From an uncultured Prevotella sp. (GTDB lineage Bacteria > Bacteroidota > Bacteroidia > Bacteroidales > Bacteroidaceae), in the NCBI GenBank assembly GCA_963547065.1, contig CAUUQE010000001.1, positions 1 through 57,725 of the forward strand: a stretch of 57,725 nt of DNA. Reading direction: 5' to 3'. This document shows positions 39,297 to 49,465 of this stretch, one piece after another; the stretch's first letter is position 1, and each line of letters begins with the position of its first letter. Below the pieces are notes generated by a model. That model had not been told where the DNA came from and did not search any database. It saw nothing but the letters and a program-made list of their open reading frames with translations. A program made the translations under genes and the position numbers.

Positions 39297-40202
39297 CTAT
39301 TTTAATTTGTCAAAGATGTGCATGATGCGCACCAATTCCTCTTCACTGGCAAAGGGGATACTGATCTTTCCTTTACCTTTTGATGAACAGGTAAGTTGTA
39401 CTTTGGTATTAAGAAATTGCGACAGTTGTTTTTTCAGCGTATTGAACTCTTCCGGTATTTCCGTTTTAGCCGTAATCTTTTTATTTCCGGTATCAACGGT
39501 TTCTCCATTCTTTAACTGTTGCACTATTTCTTCTACTTTCCGTACGGAATAACCATATTTCTGTATCTCTTTGAACACCTTAACCTGTAATGACGGACTC
39601 TCAAGCGAAAGTAGTGCACGGGCGTGCCCCATGTCGATCTCTTTCTTCTGCAAGGCCATTTGTACCTGTGCAGGAAGTCTTAGCAGTCGCAGGTAGTTAG
39701 CAATGGCAGTACGACTCTTGCCCACGCGTTCTGATACTTTCTCCTGCGTCATACCGGTATTTTCCATCAGATGTTCGTATGCCAGAGCAATCTCTATGGC
39801 GTTTAGGTCTTCACGCTGGATGTTCTCTACCAACGCCATCTCCATCACACTCTCATCGTCTATTGTACGTATGTAGGCGGGGATTGCTTTCAGTCCGGCT
39901 ATTTGCGATGCCCGCCAACGGCGTTCTCCGGCGATGATCTGGAAGCGGTTGGCTGCAGTCTGTCGTAATGTAACGGGCTGTATAATGCCTATTTCACGAA
40001 TACTTGTTGCCAGTTCGTTCAACGCATCTTCATCAAACTCGCGTCGGGGCTGGTTGGGATTGGCTTCTATTTCGTCTACAGCAATTTCATTGATGGTAGA
40101 ACTTCCTTGTGTACGTACGCTCTCGGTGGATATCAGTGCGTCAAGACCACGCCCAAGCGCATTATTTTTAGATGAGGAACTATATTTCTTGTGTACAGCC
40201 AT
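39297..40202 (-). CDS. parB: Chromosome partitioning protein ParB/Spo0J
   Basis: Motifs LGRGLDAL, NPNQPR, IIAGERRWRA, ENIQREDL and HTH GKSRTAIANYLRLL. Confidence 0.95.
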   Translation of the reverse strand: MAVHKKYSSSSKNNALGRGLDALISTESVRTQGSSTINEIAVDEIEANPNQPRREFDEDALNELATSIREIGIIQPVTLRQTAANRFQIIAGERRWRASQIAGLKAIPAYIRTIDDESVMEMALVENIQREDLNAIEIALAYEHLMENTGMTQEKVSERVGKSRTAIANYLRLLRLPAQVQMALQKKEIDMGHARALLSLESPSLQVKVFKEIQKYGYSVRKVEEIVQQLKNGETVDTGNKKITAKTEIPEEFNTLKKQLSQFLNTKVQLTCSSKGKGKISIPFASEEELVRIMHIFDKLK

Positions 40203-40266
40203 TTCTTAAGAATGATTAATTATAAGTGTGTTATGGTTCATGCAGATTTTTACGTACAGGCTATGA

Positions 40267-41031
40267 TCAATGTCTCTTATTGATAATTTCCTTGGCCAAG
40301 GCCAGATGGTTCTGTGAACCGGCAGAATCTGTATCGTAGAGGATTACGGGCAGTCCGTGGCTTTGACTCTCGCTCAGCTTAACGTTTCTCTGGATAACAG
40401 TCTGGAACACCAATTCCTGAAAGTGTCGTTTCACTTCTTCGTAAATCTGATTAGCTAGTCGCAGACGACTGTCATACATTGTCAGTAGAAAGCCTTCTAT
40501 CTCGAGTTTCGGGTTCAGCCGGCTTTTGATAATCTTAATAGTGTTGAGCAGTTTGCTGATACCTTCGAGCGCGAAATATTCACACTGCACGGGGATAATG
40601 ACGGAGTCTGCCGCTGTGAGTGAATTCACCGTGATGAGTCCGAGCGATGGACTACAGTCTATCAGGATATAATCGTAGTCGTTCTTAATCGGATCGAGCA
40701 AGTTTTTGATCACTTTCTCACGGTTCTCCAAGTTGAGCATCTCTATTTCGGCACCAACAAGGTCTATATGGCTTGGAATAATGTCCAGCCGGTTAATGTC
40801 GGTCGTATAGATAGCATCTCGTATGTCGGCGTGGTTTATAATGCATTCGTAGAGCGAGCAGTCCACCTCTTTAAGGTCTACTCCCAGCCCGCTTGAGGCG
40901 TTTGCCTGCGGATCAGCGTCTACCACGAGCACCGATTTCTCCAGAGTGGCAAGCGAGGCAGCCAAGTTGATCGTGGTAGTGGTTTTGCCCACACCGCCCT
41001 TTTGATTGGCTAATGCGATGATATTTCCCAT
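40267..41031 (-). CDS. parA: Chromosome partitioning ATPase ParA/Soj
   Basis: Motifs NQKGGVGKTTT, DADPQAN, IDCSPS and PVQCEYFALEG. Confidence 0.96.
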   Translation of the reverse strand: MGNIIALANQKGGVGKTTTTINLAASLATLEKSVLVVDADPQANASSGLGVDLKEVDCSLYECIINHADIRDAIYTTDINRLDIIPSHIDLVGAEIEMLNLENREKVIKNLLDPIKNDYDYILIDCSPSLGLITVNSLTAADSVIIPVQCEYFALEGISKLLNTIKIIKSRLNPKLEIEGFLLTMYDSRLRLANQIYEEVKRHFQELVFQTVIQRNVKLSESQSHGLPVILYDTDSAGSQNHLALAKEIINKRH

Positions 41032-41066
41032 TTCATTAAAATTTAGTACCTATATATTTCGTGCGT

Positions 41067-41124
41067 GCAAAGTTACATATTTTATATGAAAAAGAGGTAA
41101 ATTAAACCTTTTTTCGTACTTTTG
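41067..41124. promoter_or_regulatory. Back-to-back Bacteroidota -7 elements (parA leftward, surE-lpxB rightward)
   Basis: Minus-strand TAACTTTGC at 41067-41075 and plus-strand TACTTTTG at 41117-41124. Confidence 0.55.
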
Positions 41125-41305
41125 TACCGAAATAACCTATATCTCGGGTGTGCTGAAGAGTGTGCTGGTGTGCATATGAATGTATGGAAACCGAGCTTAC
41201 AGGAAGTTTGTACCTCCTACAAAGGGGCATCTGTGGTTCGGTGGTGTGCGTAAGTTTGAAAAAGAAGCAGGTGCCGTGTCTGAGAGGTGTCACGGGCATG
41301 TTTTG

Positions 41306-41412
41306 GAAACACTGAAAATATATTTCCGAGAGACTGTGGCCGTATTCTCGAAAAACTGCAGTGGCATCCCGAAAAATGTAAATATATTCTAGAGAAAGAA
41401 CAGACATATTCC
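41306..41412. repeat. Degenerate 21-22 bp-period array
   Basis: Units at 41306, 41328, 41350, 41371 and 41392 share roughly GA(A/G)AnACTG...TATTC. Confidence 0.45.
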
Positions 41413-41688
41413 TAAGTTTGCCTGCATGTTCCGAGGAACACGGTGCTGCCCGCTGTCAATATGACGTCATGTTCGGAACAATAGATTACCACGATGGTTC
41501 GGATGAAATGCAGGAAGCACATCCGTCGGTCTGCAGAAGAGTCCAGATTGTGGCAAGCGTTGTTGAGTGTCAGCAAGCATCAAGAGATATAACCGTCAGG
41601 CACCGTTGAATATATCGGCAGGTGTTGTTATGTGCGGCATTCCGCGTCATCGCACGCCATAGTAAGCATCATAAAAACATAGTGACTC

Positions 41689-42471
41689 ATGGATAAAAAC
41701 AGACCTTTTATACTTATTTCGAATGACGATGGCTACCATTCCCCCGGTATCCGTGCACTTGTAGACATGGTTAGCGGCATAGGTGATGTGTTAGTGTGCG
41801 CTCCGGAGGCGGCTCGCTCAGGTTATTCGTGTGCTTTTTCGGCTGCCTCGCCTCTGCGACTCAAGCGTAGGCGCAGCATAGATACGACCGATGTGTGGTC
41901 GTGTAGCGGAACACCGGTTGATTGCGTGAAGCTGGCGCTTGACCAGTTCTGCTCTCATCGTCGGCCCGACTTGATACTCGGGGGCATCAACCATGGCGAT
42001 AATTCATCCGTGAATGCCCATTATTCAGGCACTATGGGTGTAGCTATGGAGGGATGCATGAAACATATCCCGTCAATAGCTTTTTCATCTTGCTATTGCA
42101 ATGAAGATGCCAATCTCGAACCGCTGCACCCTTTCGTGGAGATGATTGTACAGCGTGTACTTGAGGAAGGGCTACCTAAGGGTATTTGCCTGAATGTGAA
42201 TTTTCCCGCACGCGAACGATTCGAGGGCATCAAAGTGTGCCGTATGGCGTACGGAAGTTGGATCAATGAAGTGGTAACAGCACATCATCCCCACGGTTAT
42301 AACTATTACTGGATGGTGGGAGAGTACCATAACGACGAGCCACAGGCTGAAGATACCGATCGCACGGCACTCAGTCAAGGCTACGTAGCCATCACTCCTG
42401 TGCGGATGGACATTACGGCATACGACTATATGCAGCATGCCAAAGCACTGTTCAATGCAGAAGAACTTTGA
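41689..42471 (+). CDS. surE: 5'/3'-nucleotidase SurE
   Basis: Motifs ILISNDDG, GTPVDCV, GGINHG, YSGT and LNVNFP. Confidence 0.95.
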   Translation: MDKNRPFILISNDDGYHSPGIRALVDMVSGIGDVLVCAPEAARSGYSCAFSAASPLRLKRRRSIDTTDVWSCSGTPVDCVKLALDQFCSHRRPDLILGGINHGDNSSVNAHYSGTMGVAMEGCMKHIPSIAFSSCYCNEDANLEPLHPFVEMIVQRVLEEGLPKGICLNVNFPARERFEGIKVCRMAYGSWINEVVTAHHPHGYNYYWMVGEYHNDEPQAEDTDRTALSQGYVAITPVRMDITAYDYMQHAKALFNAEEL

Positions 42472-42502
42472 TCGAACGCCCTACAGTAAAGAACTCCGAC
42501 CT

Positions 42503-43681
42503 ATGAAATATTATCTTATAGCAGGCGAGGCGAGTGGCGATCTGCACGCTTCGCATCTCATGCACTCACTCAGAAAGGCCGACAGCCGTGCCGAATTCCG
42601 CTTCTTCGGCGGCGACCTGATGGCAGCAGAGGGTGGAACGTGCGTGAAGCATTATAAGGAACTTGCCTATATGGGGTTCGTTCCCGTGCTGTTGCACCTA
42701 CGCACGATTTTCAGAAACATGGCGATGTGTAAACACGATATTGTCAGCTGGCAGCCCGATGTTGTGATCTTGGTAGACTATCCGGGCTTCAATCTCAGCA
42801 TAGCCAAGTATCTTCACGCCCGCACTTCCATCCCTGTGTACTATTATATATCGCCTAAAATCTGGGCATGGAAAGAGTATCGCATAAAAAGCATTAAGAG
42901 AGATGTGAGCGAACTGTTTTCCATATTGCCCTTCGAAGTGGCATTCTATGAGCAGAAACATTGTTTCCCCGTACATTATGTGGGTAATCCCACGGCAGAC
43001 GAGGTGCGGAAGTTTCGCTCCAAATATCATGAAATGCAGGCCGGTTTCGCTAAACGGATGAATGAGATCAATGCTTTGTCTTCAGTGAAAGTGGCGCCTC
43101 TTGACGACAGGCCTATCATCGCCCTGCTTGCCGGCAGTCGTAAACAGGAAATAAAGGATAATCTTCCGGCTATGATAGCGGCTGCCCGCAGATATGGAGA
43201 TTATCAGATGGTGCTTGCCGGTGCGCCTTCCATCGACGACGCCTACTATGCACAATTTATAAAGGGCACAGAAGTGAGATTGGTGAGAAATGAAACTTAC
43301 GCCCTTCTCTCTCATGCCACAGCAGCACTGGTAACAAGCGGAACGGCAACACTCGAGGCGGCTATGTTCAACGTTCCGCAGGTGGTGTGTTACGAAACAC
43401 CTGTGCCGCATCTCATCCGTTTCGCATTTAACCACGTCATCAAGGTGAAATACATTTCACTTGTCAACCTGATAGTTGATCGCGAGATTGTGCCCGAGCT
43501 GTTTGCCGACCGCTTCTCTGAAGCGGGCATAGCGTCTGAACTCGGCAAAATACTGTCGGGTAGTGCAGACAGAGACCGCATGCTGCAGGCCTACCAAGAA
43601 GTGCGTCGCCGGCTCAGCAACAAGATTGCCCCCGACAATGCTGCCCGTATCATGGTCGGCCTTCTCGACAGACGGCGATAG
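42503..43681 (+). CDS. lpxB: Lipid-A-disaccharide synthase
   Basis: Start MKYYLIAGEASGD; motifs VDYPGFN, SPKIWAW, ILPFE, GSRKQE, SGTATLE and ISLVN. Confidence 0.95.
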   Translation: MKYYLIAGEASGDLHASHLMHSLRKADSRAEFRFFGGDLMAAEGGTCVKHYKELAYMGFVPVLLHLRTIFRNMAMCKHDIVSWQPDVVILVDYPGFNLSIAKYLHARTSIPVYYYISPKIWAWKEYRIKSIKRDVSELFSILPFEVAFYEQKHCFPVHYVGNPTADEVRKFRSKYHEMQAGFAKRMNEINALSSVKVAPLDDRPIIALLAGSRKQEIKDNLPAMIAAARRYGDYQMVLAGAPSIDDAYYAQFIKGTEVRLVRNETYALLSHATAALVTSGTATLEAAMFNVPQVVCYETPVPHLIRFAFNHVIKVKYISLVNLIVDREIVPELFADRFSEAGIASELGKILSGSADRDRMLQAYQEVRRRLSNKIAPDNAARIMVGLLDRRR

Positions 43682-43748
43682 AGGTGCGCTCTTTCAGCGA
43701 TAGACAGCGCGCCTGACCGGCATAGGTAATACATATAACGTGGATAGG
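43675..43748. repeat. Degenerate 22 bp-period array downstream of lpxB
   Basis: GCGATAGA at 43675 and 43697, GGCATAGG at 43719 and GGATAGG at 43742. Confidence 0.4.
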
Positions 43749-43971
43749 TGGTGCATTTATGAGAGGTATGTTGCTCCACATACCTGTTAATAGGTAGTTT
43801 GCAGGGCGGGCAGAGTGGTGGTGTATGTGTGTCTGTTGTAGGGCTAATGCGTTGAAAAACAGCGAGATAACATTTTTTATAAAAGTCGTAATTATCTGTT
43901 GGAAGACTGTTGTGGCGGGTATTTTTTCCAAATCATGGCTTTTAGGTATTGTGTGAAAGGATGGCTATATG

Positions 43972-43979
43972 TAACTTTG
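43972..43979 (+). promoter_or_regulatory. Bacteroidota -7 element (TAACTTTG) for the TonB-dependent receptor
   Basis: TAnnTTTGC 50 bp upstream of the ATG, with TTG about 20 bp further upstream. Confidence 0.55.
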
Positions 43980-44029
43980 CATACATGAAAAGCTTCATAG
44001 GCTGTAATTAACTTATTTGTTTTTTAGGT

Positions 44030-46384
44030 ATGAAAAAATCTACTTTTTACGTTTTATTATTGTTGTTCTTACGTCTGCCGGGAACTCTATGGGCGGCAAA
44101 CGACAATACGACTGACACAGGTGGCGACGCCAATGTATTCGGGCATGTGGTGGATGCCAAAACACACGAACAACTGCCTTACGTATATGTGGCGGTGAAT
44201 GGTACTACACTTGAAACGTCAACCGATGCGACGGGGTCTTATTTTCTGAAACATCTGCCGGTTGGTACGTGTACTATTGAGGTGAAACTGCTGGGTTATC
44301 GCACTTCAAAGTGCGAAATTACAACGGTTACGGGAAAAACCTTAGAGCTTAACTTCGAACTGACTGCCGATGCGATATCGCTCGATGAGGTTGTAACCAC
44401 AGCAAACCGTTCGCAAACGTTGCGTAGAGAGGCTCCTGCATTGGTGAATGTGGTGGATACGAAAACTTTCGAGGTTACGAATTCGGCTTGTCTGTCGCAT
44501 GGGCTCAACTTTCAGCCGGGCGTAAGAACGGAGGATAATTGTCAGAATTGCGGCTTCTCACAGGTGCGCATCAATGGATTAGACGGCCATTACTCGCAGA
44601 TATTGATAGATTCTCGGCCCGTTTTCAGTTCGCTCAACGGTATATACGGCTTGGAACAAATACCGGCAAACATGATAGATCGCGTAGAAGTGGTACGTGG
44701 CGGAGGTTCGGCTCTCTATGGGGCATCGGCGATAGGCGGTACTATCAATGTGATTACCAAGGAGCCATTACGTAATTCGGCTGAACTTGCACATACGATA
44801 ACTTCTATTAACGGGAAGGGTGGCTATGAGAACAATACCACTGCCAACGCATCTTTGGTGACAGAAGACGGTAAAGTGGGCTTTTATGTTTACGGGCAGC
44901 ATCATTATCGACCGGGCTACGATCACGACGGAGATGGCTATACTGAGCTGCCGAATCTGCGTAATCAAACGGTTGGATTCAGCTCTTTCTATAAATTCAG
45001 TTCCTATTCGAAACTTACACTGCAGTATCATAACACAAGTGAGTTCCGCAGGGGAGGCAATCATCTTGAACTTGCTCCGCACGAAGCTAATATTGCTGAA
45101 CAGTTAGATCACGAAGTGAATAGCGGGAACATGGCCTATGATTTTATATCCCATAACGGTAACGATCGTTTGAAAGCTTATTTTTCGTTTTCGAACACGG
45201 CGCGTAAGAGCTATTACGGAGGTATAGGCGAGGGTACTCCCGATGATGTGGATACAGCCCGTAAGGCATACGGTCGTACGAAAGATTTTACGTATATCTT
45301 TGGTACGCAGTATGTACACAGTTTCGACGAACTGCTCATGATGCCGTCGGATCTCACTATAGGGGCGGAATATAGTTATGACGGGCTGCGTGATCAGATT
45401 GTGGGTTACAATCATCTGCTCGATCAAAAGGTGCGTGTTGCCAGTGGTTATTTTCAAAATGAGTGGAAAAACCCGCGGTGGAGTTTCCTTCTTGGCGGAC
45501 GCTTTGATAAGCATAATTTGATCGGACATGTCATCTTCAGTCCACGAGTGAATGTGCGGTGGAGCCCGTCGGATAAAGTTAATCTGCGTGCAAGCTACTC
45601 CGGAGGATTTCGTGCACCGCAAGCGTTTGACGAAGATTTGCATGTAGGCTTCGCAGGCGGTGAACGTATTGTTACTCAACTGGCTTCTAATCTGAAAGAG
45701 GAACGCTCTCATAGTTTTAGTGTTTCAGCAGATATGTACAGAAATTTTGGTTCTGTGCAGACTAATTTCCTCATCGAAGCCTTTTACACGTTACTTACAG
45801 ATAAATTCGCTCTTCGTACACTTGATCGTAAAGATGCGGAAGGCAACGATATACAGGAACGTTATAACAGCGGGGGTGCCAAAGTATTTGGGTTGAACCT
45901 GGAAGCTCGTGCCGCTCTTACGTCTTGGTTCTCGCTGCAAGGCGGTATCACTTTGCAGAAAAGTAGGTACGATCGGCCCGAAGAATGGAACGATAAAGCG
46001 CCCAAGGAGAGAAGAATACTGCGCACACCAGACACATACGGGTATTTTACAGCTTCATTTACGCCTATTAAATGTCTTACAGTTTCGCTTACGGGTAATT
46101 ATACGGGGAATATGCTTGTAGGTCATATGGCACACATACGTGAAGATGGAATAGACATTCCCCCTGTAGCTGTGAGAACTCCACAGTTTGTTACGCTCAA
46201 TACGAAAATCGCGTACGATATACACGTTGTGGGACATGTAGGCATACAACTCAATGGCGGAGTTCAGAATATGACGAATGATTATCAGAAAGATTTCGAT
46301 AGAGGGTGGGGACGAGACTCTGCTTATATATATGGGCCGGGGGTGCCACGATGCTATTTCCTCGGACTGAAGTTATTTTATTAA
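44030..46384 (+). CDS. Stand-alone TonB-dependent receptor (non-SusC; CxxC plug, probable metal/cofactor uptake)
   Basis: Signal peptide, carboxypeptidase-like domain, plug motif CQNCGFSQVRING, IDRVEVVRGGGSALYG and aromatic C-terminus; no susD partner. Confidence 0.88.
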   Translation: MKKSTFYVLLLLFLRLPGTLWAANDNTTDTGGDANVFGHVVDAKTHEQLPYVYVAVNGTTLETSTDATGSYFLKHLPVGTCTIEVKLLGYRTSKCEITTVTGKTLELNFELTADAISLDEVVTTANRSQTLRREAPALVNVVDTKTFEVTNSACLSHGLNFQPGVRTEDNCQNCGFSQVRINGLDGHYSQILIDSRPVFSSLNGIYGLEQIPANMIDRVEVVRGGGSALYGASAIGGTINVITKEPLRNSAELAHTITSINGKGGYENNTTANASLVTEDGKVGFYVYGQHHYRPGYDHDGDGYTELPNLRNQTVGFSSFYKFSSYSKLTLQYHNTSEFRRGGNHLELAPHEANIAEQLDHEVNSGNMAYDFISHNGNDRLKAYFSFSNTARKSYYGGIGEGTPDDVDTARKAYGRTKDFTYIFGTQYVHSFDELLMMPSDLTIGAEYSYDGLRDQIVGYNHLLDQKVRVASGYFQNEWKNPRWSFLLGGRFDKHNLIGHVIFSPRVNVRWSPSDKVNLRASYSGGFRAPQAFDEDLHVGFAGGERIVTQLASNLKEERSHSFSVSADMYRNFGSVQTNFLIEAFYTLLTDKFALRTLDRKDAEGNDIQERYNSGGAKVFGLNLEARAALTSWFSLQGGITLQKSRYDRPEEWNDKAPKERRILRTPDTYGYFTASFTPIKCLTVSLTGNYTGNMLVGHMAHIREDGIDIPPVAVRTPQFVTLNTKIAYDIHVVGHVGIQLNGGVQNMTNDYQKDFDRGWGRDSAYIYGPGVPRCYFLGLKLFY

Positions 46385-46519
46385 TTTAAGAAGTCTATAA
46401 TGTCTATATTTATTCTGTATTGGGATGAATAAGGACGTTTCTTTTAAGGAAGTTATGATAAGGATTTATTCAAGAAAATTTATTGGTGTTCCTGCGTCTT
46501 AGCCGGCAATAATAATCAA

Positions 46520-46605
46520 AATATATTCTCCCACCTGCTTGGATTATACTCAGAAAGTGTTATGTTAAACTTTTAGGGTATCCCAAACAGGCGGGAGATT
46601 ATATT
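46520..46605 (-). terminator. Long (~86 nt) imperfect hairpin 3' of GH5
   Basis: AATATATTCTCCCACCTGCTTGG...CCAAACAGGCGGGAGATTATATT; two stem mismatches become G:U pairs on the minus strand. Confidence 0.6.
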
Positions 46606-46633
46606 GAATAAAGACTATTTGTCTAATATATTG

Positions 46634-47872
46634 TTATTTTCCTGATGCGGAAGTCTTTTTATTCAACCTCTTGAACACATCCTTAAAATATTTGGCCCGT
46701 TGAGTTTCTTTTGCTTGTGGAGCTGGAGCCTTTTCTCTACTAAACCAGAATGCATTAAGACCTTCCGGACTTTCCAGACTCCATCCTTGCCACTCGCGGA
46801 AAGCATGGAAGCACCAAGAGAAATTATTCTTCTCGAAGATATCTATAACATCTTTAAACCAATTGATAGCCGAATTTACAGGTGCCCATGTGATGACACT
46901 GAATTCACCGATCAAGACAGGAACTTTATATTCAGAGGCAAAATTTGTCAGGGGCTTGAGTTCAGCTTCTAAGGTTGCTTTGTCACAATAAGTTTCTTCC
47001 TTTTCCCACCAATGGTTTTTGGCCTTTCCCGGGTATTCTCTTTTGAAAGAAGCAATGGCTTCTTCATGAGTCATTGTTTTGGAATTGTATTCTCCTTTAT
47101 ATAATATTCCCTGACAAGCAAAGGTTTCAGGGCAATAGAAATGAAGACTGTATACCACCCGCTTGTCTTTCTGAATAATCTTTTTCTTTTCTTTTTGGAA
47201 GGTTTCTGCCACCAGACCGGGTTGGAAAACAATCCATACGTTTTTGTTAACAGTGCGAATTGCTGTTATGATATCGGGTACCATAGCCAACCATTCCTGC
47301 ACCGCAGCTCTTCCTTTCTCGCTGGGCTCGTTGAAAAGATCATATCCCCATATCTCATTTTCGTATTCTTTTTTTGTAAAATGCTGTGCAATGTTCTTCC
47401 ACATCCGGATAAGAGCATCTTTCATTTCCGGATGATTTGCCCAAAAACCACGCTGGTTGTGGTCGTCTAATGTTGGTACTTTTCCGTTTACATAGATAGG
47501 AGGCTCATGCAAGTCTAGAATAACTTTTACATTTACACTTTGTGCAGCACGTACTTTTTCTTCTACCAAATTCAGATATTCCGGCAAGGTTTCCCATAAA
47601 TCTTTTCCCTTTTTCAAAGCATAAGTTGCTGGGTTAAGTTGCAATCTTATGACGTTGGCGCCCCAAGTACTCAAATCTTTGATTGTTTGTGGGTGTAGTC
47701 CGTTAGCAGTCTGAACCATGAAGCCTCGCACTCTTGGGGGGGACGTTACTACTACCGGTGGGTTAGGGGGATTAGGGTTGGGATTAGGTGCAGGAGGTGT
47801 GTCTGGGGTATTCTTATCACCGCAAGCAAATAGGATTGGCAACATAAACAACAATGCAATAATTTTTTTCAT
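46634..47872 (-). CDS. GH5 family glycoside hydrolase, lipoprotein with Pro/Asn linker
   Basis: Lipobox LFAC-G; motifs GANVIRL, ILDLHEP, YDLFNEP (acid/base), SLHFY, LIGEFS (nucleophile) and SWCFH. Confidence 0.88.
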   Translation of the reverse strand: MKKIIALLFMLPILFACGDKNTPDTPPAPNPNPNPPNPPVVVTSPPRVRGFMVQTANGLHPQTIKDLSTWGANVIRLQLNPATYALKKGKDLWETLPEYLNLVEEKVRAAQSVNVKVILDLHEPPIYVNGKVPTLDDHNQRGFWANHPEMKDALIRMWKNIAQHFTKKEYENEIWGYDLFNEPSEKGRAAVQEWLAMVPDIITAIRTVNKNVWIVFQPGLVAETFQKEKKKIIQKDKRVVYSLHFYCPETFACQGILYKGEYNSKTMTHEEAIASFKREYPGKAKNHWWEKEETYCDKATLEAELKPLTNFASEYKVPVLIGEFSVITWAPVNSAINWFKDVIDIFEKNNFSWCFHAFREWQGWSLESPEGLNAFWFSREKAPAPQAKETQRAKYFKDVFKRLNKKTSASGK

Positions 47873-48889
47873 AATTACAGTTTTAAGTTAATAATTAAAG
47901 TATGAACAATGCTATGTTCTTCCTCATAATTTTAGTTCTAAGTATTGTTAATTAAAATGAGACTATAACCGTATTCTGTTCAACAGACATATTAATTTTG
48001 ATAAGCCTTTTACTAGTATATTACAATCCAAAAAACATGAACCCTAAAATTGAAACTGAATTTGTGTGAAAAATATAGTGAATAAGAACATTCAGAATGA
48101 AAAAATGGAAAATTTAAGATTTATATATGTTACAGTCACTTGCCATAATCCTTGCAAAGTGCCGGCTGGCATCTAATATATTGTTATTTGAATTGTATCG
48201 TTATGATGAAATATGATAAAAGGGTTGTGTGCCAGATATGTTGTGAATAATACTCATCTTTCATAGGGTGATACTTTATGTCTCGTACATCTATGCAATA
48301 TCATTAATACAGGGCAGGTCTATGCCCGTTAAACAAGAGGTGTAAAATAGGGAGAATTTATTTTCGTGTAATATTTGTAGTCATTCCGTCAGATTTAATA
48401 TATATGAAATTTGTTGACATTCATTTAACTAATATAAATGGTATAGCGAGGAGAGTTAAGAAATATAAAAGTGTAAATATAGGAAATAACTTAATATTAT
48501 TATATCAAATTAATGTAGAATTATCAATAATAGTTCAAGATTGTTAACAGGTTTCAGTTTCTATTGCTTATGTGTACAAAATGCTCTTTGTGTGTAACTT
48601 CGGTGAGAATTGCAAATTCTGTTCAAAATTTTTTATAGATAGTCAGATTTATAACAGAATTATACATTTTTAACCTATCTTATTCCCATTTATATTGTTT
48701 AATTATATACTTTTGTTACTATTAATGAATAGGACGTTGATTGGATAAGTTTTTCTTTTTTCCATAACAGTTAAATAAAATACCACAATTTATATTATTT
48801 ATTAGGTCAGTTATTATTTACCCAATTATATAAGTTTTATGTCTGGAAAATATATCTACTGTAGAATATAGGACAGATATTTTTGTAAA

Positions 48890-49465
48890 ATGAAGATAGA
48901 GGAAAGATTTTTTAATAACATATACAACAAATATTATCGACGGTCTTATCTGTTCGTAAAATCATATATACATTCGGATCTTGTAACCGAAGACATTGTA
49001 ACCGAAGCACTTATTGCATTGTGGGAAAATTTAAGACAACAAGCGGGGAGCGGACAAGAAAAGAGTTCAGACAAGGATATTGCACCTCTGTTGTTTACCA
49101 TTCTCCGAAATAAAGCTTATAACCATTTGAAGCATGAAGCAATAAAAAAATCTGCAATTGAAAATTTACAGGATATGAAAAGTTACGAATTGTCTGTCAG
49201 AATATCTTCCTTGGAAGCGTGTAATCCAGATAAAATATTTATGGAAGATATCGGTAGGATCGTGGAAGAGACTTTAAGTCAACTCCCCCAACAGACTCGG
49301 GTGATATTCCAAATGAGCCGTAATGAAGGAAAGAGTAATATGGAGATCGCGTCGGAAATAAGTATATCTGAAAAAACAGTGGAGTATCATATAACCAAGA
49401 CTCTTAAAGCCTTAAGACTATCATTAAAGGATTATTTGCCCATATTCTTATTCTTTTTTGCATAA
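48890..49465 (+). CDS. ECF RNA polymerase sigma-70 factor (Bacteroidota PUL type)
   Basis: Motifs EDIV..LWE, LFTILRNKAYNHLKH, LPQQTRVIFQMSR and ISEKTVEYHITKTLKALR. Confidence 0.93.
   Translation: MKIEERFFNNIYNKYYRRSYLFVKSYIHSDLVTEDIVTEALIALWENLRQQAGSGQEKSSDKDIAPLLFTILRNKAYNHLKHEAIKKSAIENLQDMKSYELSVRISSLEACNPDKIFMEDIGRIVEETLSQLPQQTRVIFQMSRNEGKSNMEIASEISISEKTVEYHITKTLKALRLSLKDYLPIFLFFFA

Noticed and set aside
41427..41440. Canonical parS site
   Set aside because: Half-sites TGTTCC/GGAACA are separated by 2 bp instead of the 4 bp (ACGT) of the 16 bp parS consensus.
47750..47810. Phase-variable repeat in GH5
   Set aside because: It is an in-frame, codon-degenerate Pro/Asn linker typical of lipoproteins and would not shift the frame.
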